Below, in pieces: positions 14,520-24,225 of a DNA stretch of 32,000 nt. The notes below the pieces were generated by a model. It made no database searches, was not told where the DNA came from, and saw only the letters and a list, made by a program, of their open reading frames with translations. Position numbers and translations under genes: made by a program. Each line of letters starts with the position of its first letter. Within the stretch, counting starts at the first letter, position 1. The DNA is taken from sequence record CM022725.1; one strand, 5' to 3'.

Positions 14520-15590
14520 ATGATTAAAGCAGCGGCAACACTCAAATCATTACAATTTAATCGTGACAATTTAACAGATTGTTATGGTCGATTAAGTTTT
14601 GGCCCAGTCAACCCAGGCCAAGGATTAACAATTGGAAATGCGCTTCGTCGTATTTTATTAAACGATTTACCTGGAATTGGGGTGATTGGTGCTGAGATTG
14701 ATGGTGTTCAGAGTGAATTCTCGACCCTTCCGGGAGTTCGAGAATCGGTCATTGAAATTTTTTTAAACCTTCGTGAACTTGTTTTTGCACCAATTGAGAA
14801 CTCAAAAATGCAAAAAGGTACTAAACCTTTTAGTTACGCCAAGTTAAAAGAAAATATTCAATTGAATAGTTTTCCTTACTTAGTAACTGCCCAAGATTTA
14901 GACATTGCTGACTATCACATTGTTGATCCAAATCAACCAATTGCTACTCTTTTATCAAAGAAAGCTGCGGACACTTTTAAATTAACTTTATTTATTAGCC
15001 AAGGACATGGGTATCAAGCCTGGAAAAAATTACCTGGCGTACCTCAAATTATGGGGCAGCGTTTTTTTGAAGAATTTGATATCAATCGTACAAATCCTCA
15101 ATCAGTAACTTTTCCAATTGATGCGATTTTCATGCCAATTAAACAAGTAAATTTTAGTATTCAAGAACATTCAGTTGATGGCGAGTATATTTATTTTGAA
15201 ATTTGGACGAATGGAAGTATTCATCCATTAGATGCAATGAAAACAGCGGCAAAAGTTTGTATGAAATTAATGACAGCTTGTTTTACTAAATTAATTGATG
15301 AACGAACTTATGTTGAAGAAACACAAGTCTCTGAAATTCCAAATTTTGTCCAAGTTAACTACAATAAGATTGAATCAGAAACTAATTTTGAAGATATTTT
15401 AATTGAACAGTTAGAACTGTCATTACGTGCTTACAATTGTTTAAAACGGGCTCATATTTTTACCTTAGCTGATTTAGCAAAACAATCATTCCAAGATTTA
15501 ATGAAACTTCGAAACTTTGGTCAGAAATCGGCCGAAGAGGTTCGTGCAGCATTAAGTACTTATGGAATTGAGTTACAAGAAGAAGCCTAA
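14520..15590 (+). CDS. rpoA: RNA polymerase alpha subunit
   Basis: GRLSFGPVNPGQGLTIGNALRRILLNDLPG is the N-terminal domain. IEQLELSLRAYNCLKRAHIFTLADL is the C-terminal domain HhH. The position after rps11 is canonical. Confidence 0.93.
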   Translation: MIKAAATLKSLQFNRDNLTDCYGRLSFGPVNPGQGLTIGNALRRILLNDLPGIGVIGAEIDGVQSEFSTLPGVRESVIEIFLNLRELVFAPIENSKMQKGTKPFSYAKLKENIQLNSFPYLVTAQDLDIADYHIVDPNQPIATLLSKKAADTFKLTLFISQGHGYQAWKKLPGVPQIMGQRFFEEFDINRTNPQSVTFPIDAIFMPIKQVNFSIQEHSVDGEYIYFEIWTNGSIHPLDAMKTAAKVCMKLMTACFTKLIDERTYVEETQVSEIPNFVQVNYNKIESETNFEDILIEQLELSLRAYNCLKRAHIFTLADLAKQSFQDLMKLRNFGQKSAEEVRAALSTYGIELQEEA

Positions 15591-15626
15591 TTATATTTAA
15601 CTCACTTAATTAAAGGAGATTTTTTT

Positions 15627-16010
15627 ATGCAAGTTTGGTCCGCTACAGGGCGTCGAAAACGAGCAACTGCTCAAGTTCGAATTTGCTCACCCGGAACTGG
15701 AACAATTAAAGTGAATCAAGTGGATGCAGAACAATATTTACAAGGAACATTTGCAAATATTTTAAAGCCATTTGAAACACTTCAATTAGATGCAACATAC
15801 GATATCTTTATTCGTGCTGAAGGTGGAGGACTTACTGGTCAATCGGATGCGATTCGACTTGGTTGTGCTCGTGCTCTTTGTATGATGAACCCAGAATATC
15901 GCCCAGCTCTTAAAGCTCAAGGGTTTCTTACTCGTATTGCTCTCAAGAAAGAGCGTAAAAAGTATGGATTAAAGAAAGCCCGTAAAGCACCGCAATTCTC
16001 TAAGCGTTAA
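15627..16010 (+). CDS. rps9: 30S ribosomal protein S9
   Basis: [14 protein letters not shown]...[19 protein letters not shown]...[23 protein letters not shown] lies 8 nt upstream of the ATG. Confidence 0.94.
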   Translation: MQVWSATGRRKRATAQVRICSPGTGTIKVNQVDAEQYLQGTFANILKPFETLQLDATYDIFIRAEGGGLTGQSDAIRLGCARALCMMNPEYRPALKAQGFLTRIALKKERKKYGLKKARKAPQFSKR

Positions 16011-16047
16011 TTTTTTTTATTTTCTCGCTTCATTCGTTTGGTTTTTT

Positions 16048-16088
16048 TAATTCTCTTTTTTTATTGAACAAAATTTGGAAGAGAATTA
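16048..16088 (+). terminator. Inverted repeat 3' of rps9
   Basis: TAATTCTCTT / AAGAGAATTA, a 10-bp stem with a 21-nt loop. Confidence 0.4.
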
Positions 16089-16098
16089 GGAAAACCAC

Positions 16099-16127
16099 TT
16101 GAAACCTGTATTGGTTTATTCTATACT
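16099..16127 (+). promoter_or_regulatory. Sigma70-type promoter for the trnL(GAG)-trnY-trnL(UAA) cluster: TTGAAA-17-TATACT
   Basis: The hexamers and spacer were read directly. The -10 ends 8 nt before the first tRNA nucleotide. Confidence 0.5.
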
Positions 16128-16135
16128 CAAAGTAT

Positions 16136-16216
16136 GTCTTAGTGGTGGAATGGTAGACACGCAAGCTTGAGGGGTTTGTGCTTTACGGCGTGGAGGTTCG
16201 AGTCCTCTCTAAGACA
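16136..16216 (+). tRNA. trnL: tRNA-Leu (anticodon GAG), class II with long variable arm
   Basis: Perfect acceptor GTCTTAG/CTAAGAC. Anticodon stem CAAGC/GTTTG with loop TTGAGGG (G34 A35 G36, G37). Variable arm TGCTTTACGGCGT. T arm GGAGG-TTCGAGT-CCTCT. Confidence 0.85.
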
Positions 16217-16238
16217 AAACCCATTTTATGGGAAAAAA

Positions 16239-16319
16239 GGGTCGATGCCCGAGTGGTTAATGGGGGCGGACTGTAAATCCGCTGGCTTGCCTACACTGGT
16301 TCAAATCCAGTTCGGCCCA
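16239..16319 (+). tRNA. trnY: tRNA-Tyr (anticodon GUA)
   Basis: GGGTCGATGCCCGAGTGGTTAATGGGG...GACTGTAAATC...ACTGGTTCAAATCCAGT TCGGCCC A closely follows plastid trnY. Confidence 0.93.
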
Positions 16320-16329
16320 ATCGATAAGT

Positions 16330-16412
16330 GTGGCTGTGGTGGAATGGTAGACACTGGAGACTTAAAATCTCCTGCCGGTGACGGCGTGAGGGTTCAATTC
16401 CCTCCAGCCACA
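16330..16412 (+). tRNA. trnL: tRNA-Leu (anticodon UAA), uninterrupted (no group I intron)
   Basis: Acceptor GTGGCTG/CAGCCAC. Anticodon arm GGAGA-CTTAAAA-TCTCC is contiguous. T arm GAGGG-TTCAATT-CCCTC. Confidence 0.93.
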
Positions 16413-16538
16413 ATTATAAATTGTCGAAAAAAATTTTTGCTCTCCTGCAGAAAATCTTAAAATAAAAAAATGTTCGTTTTTATTTTTTAAAAATAAGGTA
16501 TGATAATAGTGTGAAACATCAAAGCACGGAGACAGGTG

Positions 16539-17249
16539 ATGAATTTCCTTTACGACATTGCGGCTGTAGAAATTGGTCAACATTTCTATTGGACTCTTGG
16601 CGGATTCCAAATGCACGGACAAGTACTTATTAATTCATGGATCGTACTCGGACTTATTATTGCGTTTGCAGTAACAACGACACGTGACTTAAAACCAGTT
16701 CCTGAAGGTGGTCAAAACCTTGCCGAATTAGTTGTAGAGTACATTCGTGATATTGCTAAAACTCAAGTTGGTCACGATTATTTAGAATGGACTCCATTTA
16801 TTGGAACGTTATTCTTATTCATTTTCGTATCCAACTGGTCTGGAGCTTTAATCCCATGGAAACTTATTGAGCTTCCACACGGAGAACTTGGAGCACCAAC
16901 GAATGATATTAATACAACTGTAGCACTTGCGCTTCTTACATCTTTAACGTATTTCTACGCAGGATTAAAGAAGAAAGGGTTAGAGTACTTTGGAAAGTAT
17001 GTGGAACCAACTCCAATTTTACTTCCGATTAACGTATTAGAAGACTTTACTAAGCCATTATCATTAAGTTTCCGTCTTTTCGGAAACATTCTTGCAGATG
17101 AGCTTGTAGTAGCAGTACTCGTGTCATTAGTTCCTCTTGTGATTCCAATTCCTCTTATTTTCCTCGGACTTTTTACGAGTGGAATCCAAGCATTAATTTT
17201 TGCAACTCTTGCAGGGGCATACATTGGAGAAGCACTTGAAGGGCACTAA
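16539..17249 (+). CDS. atpI: ATP synthase CF0 subunit a (IV)
   Basis: [36 protein letters not shown]...[16 protein letters not shown]. The ATG at 16539 directly follows the tracked GTG. Confidence 0.95.
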   Translation: MNFLYDIAAVEIGQHFYWTLGGFQMHGQVLINSWIVLGLIIAFAVTTTRDLKPVPEGGQNLAELVVEYIRDIAKTQVGHDYLEWTPFIGTLFLFIFVSNWSGALIPWKLIELPHGELGAPTNDINTTVALALLTSLTYFYAGLKKKGLEYFGKYVEPTPILLPINVLEDFTKPLSLSFRLFGNILADELVVAVLVSLVPLVIPIPLIFLGLFTSGIQALIFATLAGAYIGEALEGH

Positions 17250-17299
17250 TTCAGTAATGAATTAATAAGATTTCAAATTTAACTTCAATGATTCCTTTA

Positions 17300-17328
17300 C
17301 TTATTCCCGGAATGTTTCCGGGAATAAG
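17300..17328 (+). terminator. Hairpin 3' of atpI
   Basis: CTTATTCCCGGA-ATGTT-TCCGGGAATAAG, a perfect 12-bp stem. Confidence 0.55.
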
Positions 17329-17400
17329 AGTTTAATTTTTTTCTAAAAAAAAAAAGAACAAATTTTAAAAAAAGCGGGCTAAAAATAAATAAAAAATTAG

Positions 17401-17715
<315 letters not shown>

Positions 17716-17755
17716 TTACATTTTCTTGTAATTCAAAAAGAAATACAGTGTTTTC

Positions 17756-17790
17756 TTTTGGCAGTTTATACAATGTATGGGCTGCCAAAG
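17756..17790 (+). terminator. Inverted repeat 3' of atpH
   Basis: TTTTGGCAG / CTGCCAAAG, a stem of about 9 bp with a 17-nt loop. Confidence 0.45.
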
Positions 17791-17910
17791 AACACAAATT
17801 TATTCATTTATGAATTTTTAACAATTTAAACTGTTAAACTAAAAATTTTTATTGATTTTTTTTTGTAAAAAATCATTTAATACAAATTCCAAATCATCTG
17901 GAGGTTTTGA

Positions 17911-18417
17911 ATGGTATCACTCGCAGAAGGTTTCGGTTTCAACACTAATATTCTTGAAACGAACGTTCTTAACCTTGCCGTTGTTCTTCCTTGTGTATTT
18001 ATTCTTGGACGTGATACACTCACGGCTATGTTAGATACTCGTCGAGAGAAAATTCTCGGAAGTCTTCGTAGCGCTGACGATCGTTTTAAGCAAGCTCAAC
18101 TTGAACTTGATACAGCGAAAGCAGAACTTGCATCTGCTAACTCGAAAGTAGAAGAAATTAAACGTGAAGGACGTAAAACTCTTGACGCACTCAGCGCTGA
18201 GCAAGGCTCACGTATGGCTGAAGTAGCGACACGATTTGCTGGTCTTAAAGATGAAACTATTCGTCTTGAAGAAGAAAAAGCGATCGCGCAGTTCCGTCGA
18301 CAACTTGTTAATGTTGCGTTTGAAAAAGCAATTGAAGGGATTAAATCTCAGATGAATGCTTCACTTCACCGTAAGTACATTGACGCTAAAATTGCTCTTA
18401 TGACATCAAGTCTTTAA
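17911..18417 (+). CDS. atpF: ATP synthase CF0 subunit b (I), no intron
   Basis: GFGFNTNILETNVLNLAVVL... is a transmembrane helix followed by a long charged helix. GGAGG lies 6 nt upstream of the ATG. It sits between atpH and atpA. Confidence 0.9.
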   Translation: MVSLAEGFGFNTNILETNVLNLAVVLPCVFILGRDTLTAMLDTRREKILGSLRSADDRFKQAQLELDTAKAELASANSKVEEIKREGRKTLDALSAEQGSRMAEVATRFAGLKDETIRLEEEKAIAQFRRQLVNVAFEKAIEGIKSQMNASLHRKYIDAKIALMTSSL

Positions 18418-18567
18418 AGCAACTAAATTTTAGTTATTTTTTCGAGCAACCCACTTTAATATATTTTAGTAAGGTAAGCTCTCCCAAATATAAATGGGAA
18501 GGTGTGCATTTTAGCCACCAATCCGTGAAAAGTTAATCCCTAAAGATTCAATCGTACCGAGGATCAC

Positions 18568-20082
18568 ATGGTAAAAATTCGTCCCGATGAAATTAGTAGC
18601 GTAATTCGTCAACAAATTGAACAGTACAGTCAAGCAGCACAAGTTGTAAACGTTGGAACTGTACTTCAGGTAGGAGATGGAATTGCTCGTATCTATGGAT
18701 TAGAAAAAGTAATGGCTGGTGAATTACTTGAATTCCAAGATGGAACAATTGGTGTAGCTCTTAACCTTGAGTCAGACAACGTTGGTGCTGTACTTATGGG
18801 TGATGGTATCCAAATTCAAGAAGGTGACTCAGTGAAAGCAACTGGTAAGATTGCTCAAGTACCTGTAGGTGAAGCTTTCTTAGGTCGTGTAGTAGACGCA
18901 CTTGCACGCCCAATTGATGGTCGTGGTGATATTAAGGCTGATGGTGTTCGTTTAATTGAATCTCCAGCTCCTGGTATTATTTCTCGTCGTTCAGTGTATG
19001 AGCCACTTCAAACTGGACTTGTTTCGATTGACGCAATGATTCCAATTGGACGTGGACAACGTGAGCTTATTATTGGTGACCGCCAAACTGGTAAAACTGC
19101 TGTAGCAACAGATACAATTATTAACCAAAAAGGTGGTGATGTAATTTGTGTTTACGTAGCAATTGGACAGAAAGCATCTTCAGTAGCTCAAATTGTAACA
19201 ACTCTTACAAATGCTGGTGCTATGGATTACACAATCGTAGTAGCTGAGAACGCTAACGCTCCTGCAACACTCCAATACCTTGCTCCTTACACTGGAGCAT
19301 CGTTAGCAGAGTACTTTATGTACACAGGACGTGCAACACTTATCATTTACGATGACCTTTCAAAACAAGCGCAAGCTTATCGTCAAATGTCACTTCTTCT
19401 TAAGCGTCCTCCAGGACGTGAAGCATATCCTGGTGATGTATTCTACCTTCACTCACGTTTACTTGAGCGTGCAGCGAAACTTTCAGATGCATTAGGTGAA
19501 GGAAGTATGACTGCTCTCCCAATTATTGAAACTCAAGGTGGGGACGTATCAGCATACATTCCAACTAACGTAATTTCAATTACTGATGGACAGGTATTCC
19601 TTTCAGCTGACCTTTTTAACTCTGGAATTCGTCCAGCAATTAACGTAGGTATTTCTGTATCACGTGTAGGATCAGCAGCACAAATTAAGGCTATGAAGCA
19701 AGTAGCTGGAACTCTTAAGCTTGAACTTGCACAGTTCGCTGAGCTTGAGGCCTTCTCACAGTTTGCTTCTGACCTTGACCAAGCGACTCAAAACCAACTT
19801 GCTCGTGGAGTACGTTTACGTGAGCTTCTTAAGCAAGCGCAATCACAGCCACTTTCAGTTGCACAACAAGTAGCAACAATTTACACAGGAACTCAAGGGT
19901 ACTTAGATGACTTACAAGTTGGACAAGTACGTTCATACCTTGTAGGACTCCGTTCTTACATTGCAACAAACAAGCCTAAATTCATTGAAGAAGTAACTTC
20001 TTCTAAGAAATTCTCACCTGAGTGTGAAGAAATGTTAAAAGCAGCAATTGCTGAATACAAGGCTATTTTCCTTGGGAAGTAA
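18568..20082 (+). CDS. atpA: ATP synthase CF1 alpha subunit
   Basis: Contains the Walker A motif GDRQTGKT and the blocks ...[45 protein letters not shown]... Confidence 0.97.
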   Translation: MVKIRPDEISSVIRQQIEQYSQAAQVVNVGTVLQVGDGIARIYGLEKVMAGELLEFQDGTIGVALNLESDNVGAVLMGDGIQIQEGDSVKATGKIAQVPVGEAFLGRVVDALARPIDGRGDIKADGVRLIESPAPGIISRRSVYEPLQTGLVSIDAMIPIGRGQRELIIGDRQTGKTAVATDTIINQKGGDVICVYVAIGQKASSVAQIVTTLTNAGAMDYTIVVAENANAPATLQYLAPYTGASLAEYFMYTGRATLIIYDDLSKQAQAYRQMSLLLKRPPGREAYPGDVFYLHSRLLERAAKLSDALGEGSMTALPIIETQGGDVSAYIPTNVISITDGQVFLSADLFNSGIRPAINVGISVSRVGSAAQIKAMKQVAGTLKLELAQFAELEAFSQFASDLDQATQNQLARGVRLRELLKQAQSQPLSVAQQVATIYTGTQGYLDDLQVGQVRSYLVGLRSYIATNKPKFIEEVTSSKKFSPECEEMLKAAIAEYKAIFLGK

Positions 20083-20098
20083 TTTTTTCTAGGAACTT

Positions 20099-20132
20099 TT
20101 AATTCTTTGGGGGTAATTCCCCAAAGAATTAA
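20099..20132 (+). terminator. Hairpin 3' of atpA
   Basis: TTAATTCTTTGGGG-GTAATT-CCCCAAAGAATTAA, a perfect 14-bp stem, 17 nt after the stop. Confidence 0.6.
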
Positions 20133-20256
20133 ATTTATTGGACAAAATAAAACAGTGACGAATATAAATAAATGTGGTAAATTAGTTCTAAAACAACCTA
20201 TTTGAGAATACTAGCGACGAAAAATAGTATTCCTATAAAATTTATTTGACTATCTC

Positions 20257-20559
20257 ATGGCAAAAAAATCATTAATTGCGCGCGAAACAAAACGCCAAAA
20301 ACTTGTGAACAAATACGCGGCTAAACGTGCTGAATTTAAAGATCGCCTTCGTGCAGCTGATTCAATTCGTGAAGTTGTAACTATTCAACGTGAATTCCAG
20401 GGATTACCACGCAATAGTGCTCCTGTACGACTCCATAACCGTTGTTCAAAAACAGGACGCCCTAAGGGGTATTACCGTGATTTTGGACTTTCACGTCACG
20501 TATTACGTGAAATGGCACACCAAGGACTTCTTCCAGGTGTACGCAAATCAAGTTGGTAA
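20257..20559 (+). CDS. rps14: 30S ribosomal protein S14
   Basis: [24 protein letters not shown]...[43 protein letters not shown]. Confidence 0.95.
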   Translation: MAKKSLIARETKRQKLVNKYAAKRAEFKDRLRAADSIREVVTIQREFQGLPRNSAPVRLHNRCSKTGRPKGYYRDFGLSRHVLREMAHQGLLPGVRKSSW

Positions 20560-20567
20560 TTTATCTC

Positions 20568-20619
20568 TTCTTTCTTAGAAAGTCAATTTAGTTATATATA
20601 TTGACTTTCTAAGAAAGAA
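20568..20619 (+). terminator. Long perfect hairpin 3' of rps14
   Basis: TTCTTTCTTAGAAAGTCAAT / ATTGACTTTCTAAGAAAGAA, a 20-bp perfect stem with a 12-nt loop. Confidence 0.6.
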
Positions 20620-20629
20620 ATTTCATAAT
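20601..20629 (+). promoter_or_regulatory. Sigma70-type promoter for trnQ: TTGACT-17-CATAAT
   Basis: The hexamers were read directly. The -35 lies inside the 3' arm of the rps14 hairpin. The -10 ends 11 nt before trnQ. Confidence 0.45.
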
Positions 20630-20640
20630 TATGTCAAGAA

Positions 20641-20712
20641 TGGGGCATAGCCAAGTGGTAAGGCGGCTGGTTTTGGTTCAGTTATTCCGAGGTTCGAGTC
20701 CTTGTGCCCCAG
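20641..20712 (+). tRNA. trnQ: tRNA-Gln (anticodon UUG)
   Basis: Acceptor TGGGGCA/TGCCCCA. D arm GCC-AAGTGGTAA-GGC. Anticodon loop TTTTGGT. T arm CGAGG-TTCGAGT-CCTTG. Confidence 0.92.
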
Positions 20713-20751
20713 ATTAAAGGAAATTTCAATCTAATAAAATTATTATTTCTC

Positions 20752-21672
20752 ATGAAAAAGAATTTATTTTTCGTAAGTGTACTTGCTTCACTTGTTCTTG
20801 GAACAACAAACCAAGCACTTGCATACCCAATGTATGCCCAACAAGGGTATGAAAACCCACGCGAAGCAACTGGACGTATTGTTTGTGCAAACTGTCACCT
20901 TGCTCAAAAATCTGTAGATATCGAAGTGCCACAAGCAGTACTTCCCGATACTGTTTTTGAAGCAGTAGTTAAGATTCCTTATGACCAAGAAGTAAAACAA
21001 GTTCTTGGAAATGGTAAAAAAGGTGGACTTAACGTTGGTGCGGTACTTATCCTTCCAGAAGGATTTTCTATGGCTCCAGCTGACCGTATGTCAACTGAAC
21101 TTAAAGAAAAAGTAGGAAAGCTTTACTTCCAACCATATAGTGAAGATAAGCAAAACATCCTTATTGTTGGACCAGTACCAGGGAAGAAGTATACAGAAAT
21201 GACTTTCCCACTTCTTTCTCCAGATCCAGCAACTAATAAAGATGTAAACTACCTTACTTACCCAATTTACCTTGGTGGAAACCGTGGTCGTGGACAAGTT
21301 TACCCTGATGGTTCAAAGAGTAACAACACAATTTACAACGCGGTTGAAGCAGGAAAAATTTCTGCAATTAACCCAACTGATAAAGGTGTAGATCTTATTA
21401 TTACAACTGAAACTGGTTCAGTAACTCAAGCGATCCCTAGTGGACCTGAGCTTTTAGTTTCTGTTGGTGATACAGTAACAAAAGATCAAGCTGTAACAAA
21501 CAACCCTAACGTAGGTGGATTTGGACAAGGGGAAACTGAGATTGTACTCCAAAACCCAGCTCGTCTCCAAGGACTTATTATTTTCTTAGGATTTGTTCTT
21601 ATTGCACAAGTATTCCTTGTTCTTAAGAAGAAGCAATTCGAGAAAGTACAACTTTCAGAAATGAACTTCTAA
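20752..21672 (+). CDS. petA: Cytochrome f precursor
   Basis: Signal peptide [24 protein letters not shown], then the mature N-terminus [27 protein letters not shown] (heme CxxCH) and a C-terminal transmembrane anchor. The tracked start at 20704 overlaps trnQ. Confidence 0.95.
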   Translation: MKKNLFFVSVLASLVLGTTNQALAYPMYAQQGYENPREATGRIVCANCHLAQKSVDIEVPQAVLPDTVFEAVVKIPYDQEVKQVLGNGKKGGLNVGAVLILPEGFSMAPADRMSTELKEKVGKLYFQPYSEDKQNILIVGPVPGKKYTEMTFPLLSPDPATNKDVNYLTYPIYLGGNRGRGQVYPDGSKSNNTIYNAVEAGKISAINPTDKGVDLIITTETGSVTQAIPSGPELLVSVGDTVTKDQAVTNNPNVGGFGQGETEIVLQNPARLQGLIIFLGFVLIAQVFLVLKKKQFEKVQLSEMNF

Positions 21673-21695
21673 TAATTTTTTTAATTATTTTTTTT

Positions 21696-21731
21696 CTTGA
21701 TGTTTCAATAGACTTCTATTGAAACATCAAG
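21696..21731 (+). terminator. Hairpin 3' of petA
   Basis: CTTGATGTTTCAATAGA / TCTATTGAAACATCAAG, a near-perfect 17-nt palindrome, 24 nt after the stop. Confidence 0.6.
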
Positions 21732-21990
21732 AATGAATAGCAATAAAGTTTGAGAAAAATAAACAACAAGTAACTAATAAAAACCAAGTAAGTAGTTTCA
21801 CAAAATAAAAGCATTGGGGGTATGAACTAAAGACTTCAGTTTCAAAAAACCTACGAATCAGTTTATCTCTAAAACGTCGTTGTCGTGGCACAATAAGAGC
21901 TAATAGAACACTTATTAAACAAATATAAAGACCAAGAAACATTTTTATTTTCCTAAATTTAACAAAGGGCCCATCAAAAATGGGCCCCAT
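21727..21990 (-). CDS. Unassigned 87-codon ORF in the petA/psaB convergent spacer (doubtful)
   Basis: ORF only. It has two hydrophobic stretches (MFLGLYICLISVLLALIV and LLTWFLLVTCCLFFSNFIAI), and I recognise no family. Its start lies in the psaB 3' hairpin and its end in the petA 3' hairpin. Confidence 0.15.
   Translation of the reverse strand: MGPIFDGPFVKFRKIKMFLGLYICLISVLLALIVPRQRRFRDKLIRRFFETEVFSSYPQCFYFVKLLTWFLLVTCCLFFSNFIAIHS
21967..21987 (-). terminator. Hairpin 3' of psaB
   Basis: GGGCCCA-TCAAAAA-TGGGCCC, a 7-bp GC-rich stem, 34 nt beyond the psaB stop. Confidence 0.55.
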
Positions 21991-22020
21991 TGGATTTAGT
22001 GAATGAACTCAAGAATGAGT

Positions 22021-24225
22021 TTATCCAAACTTTCCAGAAGTAGATGCAATTACGAAAGCAGCATATGTAAGTACGAATCCTACCGCGAAGTGAGTAAGAC
22101 CTACAAGACGAGCTTGTACAATTGAAAGTGCTACTGGTTTGTCGTTCCACTTAACAAAGTTTGCAAGTGGAGTACGCTCGTGTGCCCAAACAAGAGTTTC
22201 AATAAGCTCTTGCCAGTATCCACGCCAAGAAATAAGGAACATAAATCCTGTTGCGTAAATAAGGTGTCCAAAAAGGAACATCCATGCCCATACCGAAAGA
22301 CTGTTCATTCCAAACGGGTTGTAACCGTTAATAAGTTGAGATGAGTTAAGCCAAAGGTAATCACGAAGCCAACCCATAATGTATGTAGATGATTCGTCAA
22401 ATTGAGCTGAGTTCCCTTGCCAAAGAGCAAGGTGCTTCCAGTGGAAGTAGAATACAGTCCAAGATACTGTGTTAAGCTCCCAGAATACTGCAAGGTAGAA
22501 TGCATCCCAAGCTGAGATATCACAAGTTCCACCACGTCCTGGTCCATCACAAGGGAAACTGTATCCAAAATCTTTCTTATCCGGCATAAGCTTAGATCCA
22601 CGTGCATCAAGCGCTCCTTTTACAAGAATAAGCGTTGTTGTGTGAAGTCCAAGTGCAATTGCGTGGTGAACAAGGAAGTCACCAGGACCAATTGGAAGGA
22701 AAAGAGAGTTTGTAGAACTGTTAATTCCTGCGAGCCAACCTGGAAGATAAATTGAGTTCCCTGCAGCTACTGCTGGGTTGTCTTGTGCTGAAAGAAGAAT
22801 ATCAAAACCGTAAAGAGCTTTTCCTTGTGCAGCCTGAATCCATTGTGCGAATACTGGCTCGATAAGAATTTGCTTTTCAGGAGTTCCAAATGCTTGCATT
22901 ACATCGTTGTGAACATAAAGTCCGAGCGTGTGGAATCCAAGGAAAAGTGATACCCATGAAAGGTGTGAAATAATAGCTTCTTTGTGCTCTAACATACGTG
23001 CAAGTACGTTTCCTTTGTTCGCTTCTGGATCGTAGTCACGAATAAAGAAAATTGCTCCGTGAGCGAATGCTCCACACATAATGAAACCAGCAATATACTG
23101 GTGGTGTGAGTAAAGAGCAGCCATCGTTGTGAAATCCTGTGCAAGGAAAGCATACGGAGGCATTGAGTACATGTGTTGTGCAGTAAGTGAACACATTACA
23201 CCTACTGAAGCAAGTGCAAGACCAAGTTGGAAGTGAAGAGAGTTGTTTACAGTATCAAAAAGACCTGTGTGCCCAGCTCCAAGACGTCCTGATGGTGCAG
23301 TGTGTGCTTCAAGAATTTCTTTCATACTGTGTCCAATTCCGAAGTTTGTACGGTATTGGTGTCCAGCAATAATGAAAAGTACAGCAATTGCAAGGTGGTG
23401 GTGTGCCATATCAGTAAGCCAGAGACTCTGCGTTTGTGGGTGGAAACCACCTAAGAACGTAAGAATTGCTGTTCCAGCACCTTCAGATGTTCCAAAGATG
23501 TGTCCAGCTGTATCTGGGTTTTGTGCATATACTGCCCACTGTCCGGTAAAAAATGGTGCAAGTCCTGCTGGGTGAGGTAAAGTTGTTAAGAAGTTATCCC
23601 AACGAACTGTTTCTCCACGTGAAGCTGGAATCGCAACGTGTACGAGGTGTCCAGTCCAAGCAAGTGAACTTACTCCAAAAAGTCCAGAAAGGTGGTGGTT
23701 CATACGTGATTCAGCGTTCTTGAACCAAGAAACTGCCGGTGCGAATGTTGGTTGAAGGTGGAGCCATCCTGCAAAAAGGAAAAGTCCAGCTACAAAAAGA
23801 AGAAAAAGTGATCCATTGTAAAGATCTACATTCGTACGCATACCGATTGTGTACCACCATTGGTATACACCAGAGTATGCAATGTTTACTGGAGCAGAAG
23901 CTCCACCACGTGTAAATGCTTCAACCGCTGGTTGCCCAAAGTGTGGGTCCCAGATTGTGTGAGCAATTGGACGTACGTGAAGAGGATCTTCTCCCCACTT
24001 CTCAAAGTTTCCTTGCCACGCTACGTGAAAAAGGTTACCTGATGTCCATAAGAAAATAATTGCAAGTTGTCCAAAGTGAGAAGCAAAAATCTTTTGGTAG
24101 AGTTTCTCTTCTGTCATCCCGTCATGGATTTCGAAATCGTGAGCGGTCGCGATTCCAAACCAAATACGACGAGTTGTTGGGTCCTGCGCAAGTCCTTGAC
24201 TAAATTTAGGGAATTTTGTTGCCAT
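22021..24225 (-). CDS. psaB: Photosystem I P700 apoprotein A2
   Basis: [32 protein letters not shown]...[18 protein letters not shown] (FX cysteines)...; 734 aa. Confidence 0.98.
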   Translation of the reverse strand: MATKFPKFSQGLAQDPTTRRIWFGIATAHDFEIHDGMTEEKLYQKIFASHFGQLAIIFLWTSGNLFHVAWQGNFEKWGEDPLHVRPIAHTIWDPHFGQPAVEAFTRGGASAPVNIAYSGVYQWWYTIGMRTNVDLYNGSLFLLFVAGLFLFAGWLHLQPTFAPAVSWFKNAESRMNHHLSGLFGVSSLAWTGHLVHVAIPASRGETVRWDNFLTTLPHPAGLAPFFTGQWAVYAQNPDTAGHIFGTSEGAGTAILTFLGGFHPQTQSLWLTDMAHHHLAIAVLFIIAGHQYRTNFGIGHSMKEILEAHTAPSGRLGAGHTGLFDTVNNSLHFQLGLALASVGVMCSLTAQHMYSMPPYAFLAQDFTTMAALYSHHQYIAGFIMCGAFAHGAIFFIRDYDPEANKGNVLARMLEHKEAIISHLSWVSLFLGFHTLGLYVHNDVMQAFGTPEKQILIEPVFAQWIQAAQGKALYGFDILLSAQDNPAVAAGNSIYLPGWLAGINSSTNSLFLPIGPGDFLVHHAIALGLHTTTLILVKGALDARGSKLMPDKKDFGYSFPCDGPGRGGTCDISAWDAFYLAVFWELNTVSWTVFYFHWKHLALWQGNSAQFDESSTYIMGWLRDYLWLNSSQLINGYNPFGMNSLSVWAWMFLFGHLIYATGFMFLISWRGYWQELIETLVWAHERTPLANFVKWNDKPVALSIVQARLVGLTHFAVGFVLTYAAFVIASTSGKFG

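Noticed and set aside
16167-16622. 97-aa plus-strand and 86-aa minus-strand ORFs
   Set aside because: They run straight through trnL(GAG), trnY and trnL(UAA) and into the atpI start. The tRNA folds explain the sequence.
17852-18034. 60-aa ORF overlapping the atpF start
   Set aside because: It is a different frame of the atpF 5' region. atpF itself has a GGAGG motif and conserved sequence.
20390-21297. A frame-shifted ORF in rps14 and antisense ORFs in petA
   Set aside because: They are chance frames inside conserved genes.
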